DNA of 64,000 nucleotides, from contig CAZSJW010000001.1 in assembly GCA_964607285.1 (NCBI GenBank), forward strand, positions 2,514 through 66,513. Direction: 5' to 3'. Positions within the stretch are counted from its first letter, which is position 1. Each line of letters begins with the position of its first letter. Source of the stretch: an uncultured Pseudomonadales bacterium. Its GTDB lineage: Bacteria; Patescibacteriota; Microgenomatia; UBA1400; PJMF01. Below, in pieces: positions 56,381 to 64,000 of this stretch. The notes under the pieces were generated by a model. It did not search any database and was not told where the DNA came from. It worked only from the letters and a program-made list of their open reading frames with translations. Both the position numbers and the translations under genes were made by a program.

Positions 56381-56653
56381 TTAGTCTCGGAGCTCAAAAA
56401 AAAGGCCGTTGATAGTGAGACCGTTGGGATGCACTTGCAGAGTCCCTTTGTTGCCAGATCCAATCTGTTTTGTTCCGACAGATCCATTCTTTTCACCTCC
56501 ACAAAAAATGCTGCCCCCATACGGTAAGTGTTTCTTCAACTCTTTATCTATAATCTTTTGCTCTTCGTACTGCTTTTTATCTTCATTCCAGACGAATACC
56601 TTACTGCGTCCTCCAAACACTATCTCAGCAATTCTGGAACCAAGTTCTCCCAT
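56381..56653 (-). CDS. Hypothetical small protein (90 aa), Gly-rich
   Basis: ORF only; convergent with the previous gene. Confidence 0.35.
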   Translation of the reverse strand: MGELGSRIAEIVFGGRSKVFVWNEDKKQYEEQKIIDKELKKHLPYGGSIFCGGEKNGSVGTKQIGSGNKGTLQVHPNGLTINGLFFELRD

Positions 56654-56804
56654 ATGTATCCTTTAGTATACTATACTACTTACCACTCTTGCAGCACAAT
56701 AATTTCACAAGCAAAAAGTGGTGATTGTATACTCACATGAAATGGACAACTACCACTGCTCATTATGATTAAAGAAATACTTTTTGACATGTATGGGGTG
56801 ATTA

Positions 56805-57407
56805 TTGATATCAGAAACTGATACAATCAAGACAATGCAAGTAAGTAAGCTCAAGCCATGGCAAGTAGTTAGCACGAAGGTAGTCCACACAACTCCTTGG
56901 ATTGAAGTCGTTGAAGATCTTTGTAAAATTGATGCTACTTCTCTGACCTATACATATACTCGCAGAGTAGATGAAGGACCTTTGATTATTGCTGAGGCTG
57001 AGGATAACAAGATTTGGTTGGTTCGGCAGTATAGGCATGCTATCAAAAAAATTATATGGCAGTTTCCTGTAGAAGGAAAACTAGTTGCGGAATCCTGGGA
57101 AGCGGCTGCACAGCGAGGACTTGAGGAAGAACTTGGTTTACACGCTGACAGATTGGTAGAGTTGGGGACATTTTACCCAGACCCTGGTGGTTTGGAGCAA
57201 AAGTATAAGGCCTTTGTTGCTACAGGCCTGCATCCATCAACTGCTCAACACAGCGACCCTAACTTAGACGAAGTTGAACAGCTAGAGGCAGGTTGCTTTT
57301 CTTTGCAAGAAGTTGAGCAGCTGATAACTGAGGGAGAAATCTGTGATAACTGGACACTGTCGGGATTATTTTTGTATCGGCGATACCGTCATTCGCTAGG
57401 ATTGTGA
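56805..57407 (+). CDS. NUDIX hydrolase
   Basis: Nudix box GKLVAESWEAAAQRGLEEELGL (G-x5-E-x7-REuxEExGu). Confidence 0.8.
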   Translation: MISETDTIKTMQVSKLKPWQVVSTKVVHTTPWIEVVEDLCKIDATSLTYTYTRRVDEGPLIIAEAEDNKIWLVRQYRHAIKKIIWQFPVEGKLVAESWEAAAQRGLEEELGLHADRLVELGTFYPDPGGLEQKYKAFVATGLHPSTAQHSDPNLDEVEQLEAGCFSLQEVEQLITEGEICDNWTLSGLFLYRRYRHSLGL

Positions 57408-57413
57408 GTCACT

Positions 57414-57686
57414 ATGAAACCAATCGTTACAAGACCTGGTAGTTTTGGATCGAGAAAAGCTTCAGTGCCACGCCCGTCTTTCGGCCAAGCTCGTGCCGAC
57501 CAGATGCAGCAAAGAATGGACAAAGCATTCAAGGAACGAAGAACTTTGGCAGCAGCACAAATAGGCGCGCAGCAGACTAACAACGAGCCTTTACAACAAG
57601 CACTCGCTGTAAAGGAACGAATGACAGAGCATAAAATTGATCGACTGGTTGCAGAAATGCCAATATCGGGCAAATCAGAAGACTAA
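57414..57686 (+). CDS. Hypothetical small basic protein
   Basis: 90-aa ORF immediately after the NUDIX gene; possible translational coupling. Confidence 0.35.
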   Translation: MKPIVTRPGSFGSRKASVPRPSFGQARADQMQQRMDKAFKERRTLAAAQIGAQQTNNEPLQQALAVKERMTEHKIDRLVAEMPISGKSED

Positions 57687-57742
57687 CATACCCTGTTTTC
57701 TCCAAATGTGCATCGTCACACCAATGGTATACTGGTGAACGT

Positions 57743-58909
57743 ATGTCAGATCAAACTATAAATTGTCCAAAATGTTCGACCGCAATCCCCCTGTCTCAAG
57801 CACTCACGGCACAGCTGGAGTCTCAGTTTGCAAAGCGGTTTGATGAGCAGTTAGTTACTGAAAAACGCAAGCTGTGGGCTCAAGCTATGCAGGCTGCTGA
57901 AAAAAAAGAACTAACGAGCAGAAAGGAGTTGGAAGAGCAACTTAAAGAAAAAGCTCAAAAATTGGAAGCAGCAGAAAAAGCTGAGCTGGAACTCAGAAAA
58001 AAATCGCGTGATATTGAGGAGCGAGAGCGAACATTTGATCTGGAACTGCAGCGAAAGCTTGATGCGGAGCGGACGCAATTGATCTCTAAAGCAAAACAAG
58101 AGGAAGCTACAGAGTTTACCAAAAAACTGATGGAGAAAGATACACAACTTGATAGCATGAAGAAGACAATCGAGGACCTCAAACGTAAGAGTGAGCAGGG
58201 ATCAATGCAAGTGCAGGGTGAGTCACTCGAACAGACATTGAAAGACCTTCTTAAAAATACCTTTCCTGCTGATGAAGTGTCTGATGTACCCACTGGAATA
58301 ACTGGTGCAGATTTAGTGCAACAGGTGCAAGGTAGGGTGGGTGCAAAAGTGGGCACAATTCTTTGGGAGTCCAAAAACACTAAAGCATTTAGTGAAGGTT
58401 GGTTGACAAAGCTAAAACAGGATCAGGGCAAAGTGAATGCTGAGATTGCAGTATTAGTTACGCAAGTCCTGCCGCCAGAAATTGCACCGTTTGGTGTAAA
58501 AAATGGAGTGTGGATAGTGGATGTGCAACATGCTGTACCAGTGGCAAGTATTTTGCGTATGCAGCTGATTGAGTTATTTAAGTTGGCTCGTTCCGTTGAA
58601 GGTCAAGATGAAAAGATGACTCAGTTGTACGGGTACTTAACTGGTCCACAGTTTAAAAATCGTGTTGAGAACATGGTAATTGCCTTCATGTCTATGCAAC
58701 AAGATTTAGCTGCAGAAAAGCGTGCATACCAGAAGCTTTGGGGAAAACGGGAAAAAGAACTGGAAAAATTGCTTGCACACACAGTGGGCATGTATGGTGA
58801 TTTTCAAGGAATTGTCGGTGGCTCACTGCCCACCATTCAGCAACTTGAACTTGCTTCTACTGATATGGACAGTGATCAACCGAGTTTACTTGGTAACGGA
58901 GAACTATAG
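57743..58909 (+). CDS. DUF2130-like protein: N-terminal CxxC zinc ribbon, long coiled-coil, C-terminal globular domain
   Basis: INCPKCSTAIPLSQALTAQLES..., then an E/K-rich coiled-coil of ~150 aa. Family assignment is from memory of the PF09903 architecture. Confidence 0.5.
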   Translation: MSDQTINCPKCSTAIPLSQALTAQLESQFAKRFDEQLVTEKRKLWAQAMQAAEKKELTSRKELEEQLKEKAQKLEAAEKAELELRKKSRDIEERERTFDLELQRKLDAERTQLISKAKQEEATEFTKKLMEKDTQLDSMKKTIEDLKRKSEQGSMQVQGESLEQTLKDLLKNTFPADEVSDVPTGITGADLVQQVQGRVGAKVGTILWESKNTKAFSEGWLTKLKQDQGKVNAEIAVLVTQVLPPEIAPFGVKNGVWIVDVQHAVPVASILRMQLIELFKLARSVEGQDEKMTQLYGYLTGPQFKNRVENMVIAFMSMQQDLAAEKRAYQKLWGKREKELEKLLAHTVGMYGDFQGIVGGSLPTIQQLELASTDMDSDQPSLLGNGEL

Positions 58910-58912
58910 CTG

Positions 58913-61900
58913 ATGTCAAGTAACTTTGCAGCAGAGTATGCCCGTCTCAATGCACAACAGCGGAAAGCTGTGGACACCTTAGAAGGTCCAGTCATGGTGA
59001 TAGCTGGCCCAGGTACTGGAAAGACCCAAGTACTGGCAATGCGAATTGGTCAGTTACTCAAGAAAACTGACATAGAGCCGCGAAACATTTTAGCTTTAAC
59101 GTTCACCGATGCTGCAGCTACGACAATGCGACATCGTTTAGCAACACACATTGGTTCAGCAGCATACAGCGTGCAGATTGCCACGTTCCACTCTTTTTGT
59201 AGCCAGGTGATCGCTGATCACCCCGAGTCATTTCCCTTTGAGCGAGACAGCTTACCACTAACAGAGCTTGAGAGATATGAACTGATAGGTGAGATTTTGA
59301 CAACTGAGCCACTGGAAGAGCTTCGTCCATTGAATAGACCATTGTTCTACAGTAAAGACTGTTTGCGGGCAATTTCTCAATTAAAACGTGAGTATGTATC
59401 TCCTGATGCACTTCGTTCAATGGTTGTTGCCGATCTTGATTTACTAGAACAAGGAATTCCAAAAGCAACAGTTGCACAGCGGCGAATTATTGAAAAACGA
59501 CTAAAAAAGCAGGAAGAACTTGCTCATGTATTTTCAAAGTATGAGGAGCGATTGCGGTCTGCACATAAAATTGATTTTGATGACATGATTAGCTTTGTTG
59601 TCACTGGATTTAAAAATGACCCAATGTTACTGCAGGAGTATCAGGAGCTGATTCACTATATTCTCGTTGATGAGTACCAAGACACAAATTCAGCACAGAA
59701 CGAGATAGTATCTTTGCTTGGTTCATATTGGGGTGAGCAGGCTAATGTATTTGTGGTTGGTGATCCTCATCAGTCAATCTTTCGGTTTCAGGGCGCGTCA
59801 ATGGAAAATATGTTTAGGTTTGCGGTCCAGTACCCAACTGCTGCAGTCGTGACACTGACTGACGGGTACCGTTGTGGGCAGCATATGTATAGTGCTGCAC
59901 ATGCGTTGGTTGCAGCTCAGGATTTACCAATGCCTTTTGAGCTTCAGCCGGGAGTCGCACAGGTACTTACTGATTCACTCTCAACACAGTTGCGCTCACA
60001 GGCAGCAAATCCAGGTATGGTTCGTTCTGTGCAGTTACCGACAAGCACAGCAGAGCAACTCTACATAGGGGAACAAATACAGCAACTTCACTCTGATGGT
60101 GTTCCACTATCACAGATAGCTGTTCTATACAGAACCAATGCAGAAGGCTTAGAGTTAGAGAACGTTCTTGGATCACTTGGTGTTCGCTATCAAATTGAGC
60201 GTGGCTCAAATGCTCTAGAAGTTCCGTTGATTACCCAGATTCTCAGCCTAATTTCTATGCTTTTTCATTTGCGCTCTGCACAAGATAGTGAGGCTTTTAC
60301 TGTGATGTGTTTTGACTGGATTGCAGTAGATAGATTGGCTGTGTATAAACTCACCCGTCAAGCTGCGATTGCTGGCAGATCACTTGTTTCTTTAGCGGAA
60401 CTTTCATGGGATGAGTTTCAATTACAACAAGCACAAGTGGATGTGGCTGAGCACCTTTCTGAAGCAGAGCATAGTTCGGTACACAGTTTAGTTGAGCAGT
60501 GGATTAGGTGGATCACAACTGAGCCAAGCATCCCATTTTCTCATTGGTTTAGTTTGGTACTTGAGCAAACGTCATTGATAGATTGGATTGTTGCCAGACC
60601 ACAGTCGCAAGAACTATTGAACGCTGTGCAAGGCATTTTTTCGCTCATACAAGATTCGGTAGCAAACGATCATTCGTTCAATTTAGGTGACTTCATTGCT
60701 ATGATTGACACTATGCAGGAGCACGGCATCGCAGTTCGTCAGGAAGATGTGCGTACGACAGCAGAAGCTGTGACTCTAAGCACTGCGCATAGTGCCAAGG
60801 GTAAACAGTGGCAGCATGTTTTTATATACAACTGTATTGACTCACATTGGGGAGGATCGAGAAGTGTAGATAAGTTGCCCCTACCAGAGCACATACTCAA
60901 ATATAGCGCTGTTGCAGACAAGTTAGCACAAGCCGAGGCAGATGATAGACGGTTGTTGTATGTTGCTATGACTCGTGCACGTAAGACATTGACCATCACT
61001 TATCCTGCGTTTGTCGTTTCACAAGGCAAACAGAAACCACAGTTGCCAAGTCGTTTTCTATCCCCTTTAGAAGACTATATTCAGTGTGTTTCAAACAAAG
61101 ATGTTACAGAATTTGGTGAAGCTGCTGAAGCAACAATACCTAAATTGCTTTTACCAAATCCAGCTATGTCCACTGCAGAGTCTATAGAAGCTGAACGCAG
61201 CTTTTTCTCGTATCTGGTCAGTACGTTCTCACTGTCTGTTTCAGCACTTAACCATTACTTAGCAGATCCCAAGCAGTTTAGGGATCAGGATTTGCTGCGC
61301 GTGCCTAGCATAAAAGATGCCTATTTTTCGTATGGTTCGGCTATGCACAAAGCCCTAGAACTTTGGCAGCGGCCGAAACTTTCAGGTGGTTTGCCAGCCT
61401 CCTTGCCAGTGGTCATGCAAGAATTTGATCGGGCTTTGGCAAAGGAAGTACTAACTGCTGATGAGTTTACTCGCAGACAAAAAAAGGGTCATCAAGTTTT
61501 GAGTGAATACCTTTCCCATGAAGAGGGTGCCCTTAGCCATGTGTTTAGTATTGAGCGGCGGTTTGGCTCGTTGCGTTCACCCGTATACCTGGATGATATA
61601 CCACTGAAAGGTCGAATTGATCGGATGGACTGGATTGACCAGCAAGCAAGTTTAGTAAGGGTTGTAGATTACAAAACGGGCAAACCAAAAACTGTTGGTC
61701 AAATCATGGCAACTGTAGAGTCGGTAGAACTATCTGAACGAGAGCGGTCATTGCCAGAAACAATTAGAGGCCCGATGATCCGTCAGTTGGTTTTCTATAA
61801 GTTACTTGCAAATTTGGATCCTAGTTTTCAGGGGACAGTCACCCATGGAAGGTTTATTTTTGTTGAACCAAACAAAAGCACTAGGACGCCATTCGTGGTT

Positions 61901-62005
61901 CGTGAGTTTGAGATCACAGACCAAGCTGTTGCCGATCTTAGCGCATTGATAAAAACTATCATGACTGAAGTGAGACAACTAGTTTTTTTAGACAAGGCAT
62001 CCTGA
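58913..62005 (+). CDS. UvrD/PcrA-like SF1 helicase fused to a C-terminal PD-(D/E)xK (RecB-family) nuclease (AddA-like architecture, no AddB partner)
   Basis: Walker A AGPGTGKTQVL; motifs II (VDEYQDTN) and III (VGDPHQSIFRFQGA); nuclease motif GRIDRMD...VVDYKTGK near the C-terminus. 1030 aa. Confidence 0.85.
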   Translation: MSSNFAAEYARLNAQQRKAVDTLEGPVMVIAGPGTGKTQVLAMRIGQLLKKTDIEPRNILALTFTDAAATTMRHRLATHIGSAAYSVQIATFHSFCSQVIADHPESFPFERDSLPLTELERYELIGEILTTEPLEELRPLNRPLFYSKDCLRAISQLKREYVSPDALRSMVVADLDLLEQGIPKATVAQRRIIEKRLKKQEELAHVFSKYEERLRSAHKIDFDDMISFVVTGFKNDPMLLQEYQELIHYILVDEYQDTNSAQNEIVSLLGSYWGEQANVFVVGDPHQSIFRFQGASMENMFRFAVQYPTAAVVTLTDGYRCGQHMYSAAHALVAAQDLPMPFELQPGVAQVLTDSLSTQLRSQAANPGMVRSVQLPTSTAEQLYIGEQIQQLHSDGVPLSQIAVLYRTNAEGLELENVLGSLGVRYQIERGSNALEVPLITQILSLISMLFHLRSAQDSEAFTVMCFDWIAVDRLAVYKLTRQAAIAGRSLVSLAELSWDEFQLQQAQVDVAEHLSEAEHSSVHSLVEQWIRWITTEPSIPFSHWFSLVLEQTSLIDWIVARPQSQELLNAVQGIFSLIQDSVANDHSFNLGDFIAMIDTMQEHGIAVRQEDVRTTAEAVTLSTAHSAKGKQWQHVFIYNCIDSHWGGSRSVDKLPLPEHILKYSAVADKLAQAEADDRRLLYVAMTRARKTLTITYPAFVVSQGKQKPQLPSRFLSPLEDYIQCVSNKDVTEFGEAAEATIPKLLLPNPAMSTAESIEAERSFFSYLVSTFSLSVSALNHYLADPKQFRDQDLLRVPSIKDAYFSYGSAMHKALELWQRPKLSGGLPASLPVVMQEFDRALAKEVLTADEFTRRQKKGHQVLSEYLSHEEGALSHVFSIERRFGSLRSPVYLDDIPLKGRIDRMDWIDQQASLVRVVDYKTGKPKTVGQIMATVESVELSERERSLPETIRGPMIRQLVFYKLLANLDPSFQGTVTHGRFIFVEPNKSTRTPFVVREFEITDQAVADLSALIKTIMTEVRQLVFLDKAS

Positions 62006-62006
62006 C

Positions 62007-63290
62007 ATGCTAGAACTAGACAAACTGCCTCTCAGAGATAAAAAAGTGCTTCGAGACACTATGGAGTTTTTTTTTGTTGAAAACACGGATGTTGTTGCAG
62101 CTATTTTACATGAGTTTTCACTTGCGGATGATGGGTTGGCTGAGTTTAGTGCTAAAGTGGAAGCTTTAGCTCGAAAATTGGTGTTGCTGTTAGGTTCTGA
62201 GCCGCAAGCAATCAAAACAGTTGAGTTTTTGCTTGCGCGAGACCTGAACCTTAGTGATTCAAGGCGAATTATTCTGTACTCCTTTCTGCTATTTTTTACA
62301 GGTGACGTACAGGAGGAAGACTTACCAAGTAGTACTGAAAATATCAACCAGGAATTTGATAAGAAACTATGGTTGTCAGGTTTTTTATCACAGAACAGTC
62401 AATTATCAGTGGCTGAGGTGCGAGTGGTGGAAGCATTTATTGAACATAGAGTAACTGTGAAGGTAATTAATGGAGTCAATGTATTACTGGTTACTGATGA
62501 TCATTCAAACTATGAGACTACGCAAAGAAATGAAAGTGCTTCTCAAGCAGTTGAAATTATACTTGGATCCCAAAACACAAGTGGGGTGCTTGTTGAATAT
62601 TTTCCTCAGGAGTTGAAAGAGAATGCAAGTAAGAATGTGCTTGTAAGAAATGCACTTAAAGGAATGCGTTCAGGTACCTTTGGGGCATTTTTAAAGAAAT
62701 ACCATGATTCTAGGTTTGAGAGTGCTGTTCCATATTTGGACCATGCTAATGCTGTAGGTAAACCAGTGTGGGTCGCTGACACAGCGAATAAAATTACTCA
62801 TGAATTGGCTGAAGTCCCTCTTTTGTACTCGTGGTGGGTTAGTGTTGCAGTGGTCGCATTAGCAGGGTGTCTATCACTGGCTCCATCGTCTCAGGAAATG
62901 CTAGAGGTTGAGAAGCTGCTTGAATTGCTTTCTGTGGCAAGTTCCGCAGCTGGGTATCTAGAACTTTTTTTTAAACCACTGTTTTTCAAATTGGATGACA
63001 TGATGCCCTGGTTTGAAGCTGTTTTTCTACAAGCAGATGATGCGCGACGCATTAGAGTAGCAAGAGCTATTGGTGTCTTGACAGCAGATCAGCAAGTTGG
63101 CTCTACGCTACTTGTGGTGTACCCCGATGCGCATTTGCGGCGAATACGTCACTATCTAGAGCATCCTGAGTTTGCTGCTTGGAAGGACAAAATATACAAA
63201 ACAGTTCTTTTCTGGTTAGATTATGAACTACGCACTTACAGATTCGATGCTCAACAAAACTTGTGGAACAAGAACACTCAAAAATTTTGA
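62007..63290 (+). CDS. Hypothetical protein (427 aa), co-operonic with the helicase-nuclease
   Basis: Starts 2 nt after the helicase stop; mostly soluble with one central hydrophobic segment; no recognised motif. Confidence 0.5.
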   Translation: MLELDKLPLRDKKVLRDTMEFFFVENTDVVAAILHEFSLADDGLAEFSAKVEALARKLVLLLGSEPQAIKTVEFLLARDLNLSDSRRIILYSFLLFFTGDVQEEDLPSSTENINQEFDKKLWLSGFLSQNSQLSVAEVRVVEAFIEHRVTVKVINGVNVLLVTDDHSNYETTQRNESASQAVEIILGSQNTSGVLVEYFPQELKENASKNVLVRNALKGMRSGTFGAFLKKYHDSRFESAVPYLDHANAVGKPVWVADTANKITHELAEVPLLYSWWVSVAVVALAGCLSLAPSSQEMLEVEKLLELLSVASSAAGYLELFFKPLFFKLDDMMPWFEAVFLQADDARRIRVARAIGVLTADQQVGSTLLVVYPDAHLRRIRHYLEHPEFAAWKDKIYKTVLFWLDYELRTYRFDAQQNLWNKNTQKF

Positions 63291-63302
63291 TAAGTAGCTT
63301 TA

Positions 63303-64000
63303 TTATTTCCATCGCTCTGTAGCAAAGTACACAGTGTCTTTGAACTCAGTCGAAACAGGGATACCTGTCCAGTGCGGATACCAGACTGCAAACGTGATTA
63401 AGATCAGAAGTACTAGTGCAACAGAAAGTTTACGCAGCTCAGGGTGTTTAAGCAAAACCCAACTCAAAATAATTGCCATGAGTGGTACAGCAGGGGCGTA
63501 GTGGTAGAAAAACATGATCCGAGGAGAGAGTTGCCAAGGTAGCCAGACGGCAAAGTAACTAGCAATCATCAGACCCATTGGTTGTATTGCTGAGTCCCGT
63601 ATGGCTCGTACTAATCGGGAAGCAGTGATTTGTTTTTTTTGCAACTTCTTTGTTACTTGTTTGAGAAGAGCTAGTGATGAAATTACCACTGCTGCTGCAC
63701 CTGCCCAAAATAGCATCGGATTGCCAAATGCATATATGTCTCCTCGCTTGCCATCTGCATACTGGACATGATACCAAGCTGGCCTCATGTTTGTTACCCA
63801 CTGCCATGGTCTTGACTGATACGGGTGTTCTGCTTTTAAATTTGTTTGGTACCAGTAGATTTGCTTGTGCATGTCAAAAAAATGCTGCAAATCTTTACCC
63901 TGCATGAACATGTGGCTGTAACTAAGTAGATACATTGTGAGAGGAATTATGGCCAAACAGAGAACTCTTGTGAGTATCCACTGCAGCCAGTATCCTGTTT
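63303..64000 (-). CDS. GT39/PMT-like (phospholipid carrier-dependent) glycosyltransferase, C-terminal part; gene continues beyond the window end
   Basis: ...QIYWYQTNLKAEHPYQSRPWQW... matches the conserved C-terminal HPY/PWxW region of the PMT/YkcB family. The frame is open to nt 64000. Confidence 0.55.
   Translation of the reverse strand, partial: TGYWLQWILTRVLCLAIIPLTMYLLSYSHMFMQGKDLQHFFDMHKQIYWYQTNLKAEHPYQSRPWQWVTNMRPAWYHVQYADGKRGDIYAFGNPMLFWAGAAAVVISSLALLKQVTKKLQKKQITASRLVRAIRDSAIQPMGLMIASYFAVWLPWQLSPRIMFFYHYAPAVPLMAIILSWVLLKHPELRKLSVALVLLILITFAVWYPHWTGIPVSTEFKDTVYFATERWK

Larger units (their letters stand above)
52097..63302. mobile_element. Putative tRNA-Pro-associated integrative island (~11 kb) bounded by the serine recombinase on the left; right end undefined
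   Basis: Integrase abutting the tRNA. The cargo is dominated by hypothetical genes plus NUDIX, a DUF2130-like protein and a helicase-nuclease. No phage structural genes were seen. Confidence 0.4.

Noticed and set aside
1-64000. CRISPR arrays / rRNA genes
   Set aside because: No regularly spaced short direct repeats and no rRNA-like conserved stretches were seen on either strand. The only tandem repeat is the intragenic 264-bp duplication.

Overview
This 64-kb window looks like a small-genome, roughly 45-50% GC bacterium using the standard genetic code (TGA is used as a stop, including in ATGA start/stop overlaps). Probable Candidate Phyla Radiation/Patescibacteria (Saccharibacteria-like) origin is an inference from gene content: rpsE is followed directly by rplO with no L30 gene, ribosomal proteins carry K/A-rich tails, and DUF4012, FemAB and LTD proteins are present.

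Content, left to right:
- 1-8.7 kb, plus strand: the 3' part of the spc operon fused to the alpha and L13-S9 operons (rpsE', rplO, secY, adk, map, an inserted ORF, infA, rpmJ, rpsM, rpsK, rpsD, rpoA, rplQ, rplM, rpsI).
- 8.7-15 kb, minus strand: an unusual ABC exporter locus with one ATPase and six tandem ABC-2 (PF06182-like) permease paralogs, preceded by HU.
- 15.4-23.4 kb, minus strand: a cell-envelope and glycan block (VanZ, double lamin-tail-domain surface protein, 1128-aa GT-C-like polytopic membrane protein, GT4 glycosyltransferase, clan GH-A glycoside hydrolase).
- 23.5-30.6 kb: GC-richer accessory genes for Cys-rich secreted proteins (one has a perfect 264-bp tandem duplication and poly-C tracts), a tandem paralog pair with one frameshifted copy, a candidate small RNA with consensus promoter and terminator inside a 20-bp inverted-repeat pair, and two near-identical bidirectional terminators.
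- 34.9-38.1 kb, minus strand: the cell-division module FtsE-FtsX-M23 peptidase (EnvC-like).
- 38.8-42.6 kb: prfB without a programmed frameshift, a DUF4012 protein and a cyclophilin PPIase.
- 42.6-47.2 kb: four genes coupled by ATGA overlaps (alpha/beta hydrolase, membrane-anchored MurF-like Mur ligase, DegT-like PLP enzyme, FemAB transferase), a candidate novel cell-wall peptide modification pathway.
- 47.2-52 kb: a family-5 substrate-binding protein, secG, rny and recA.
- 52.1-63.3 kb: tRNA-Pro(GGG) at 52097-52170 abutted by a large serine recombinase, followed by an ~11-kb cargo of mostly unknown genes (NUDIX, DUF2130-like zinc-ribbon/coiled-coil protein, 1030-aa UvrD-like helicase with a C-terminal PD-(D/E)xK nuclease, and hypotheticals). 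This is a candidate integrative island carrying a defense or DNA-processing system.
- 63.3-64 kb: the window ends in a partial GT39/PMT-like glycosyltransferase gene.

No rRNA or CRISPR array was seen.
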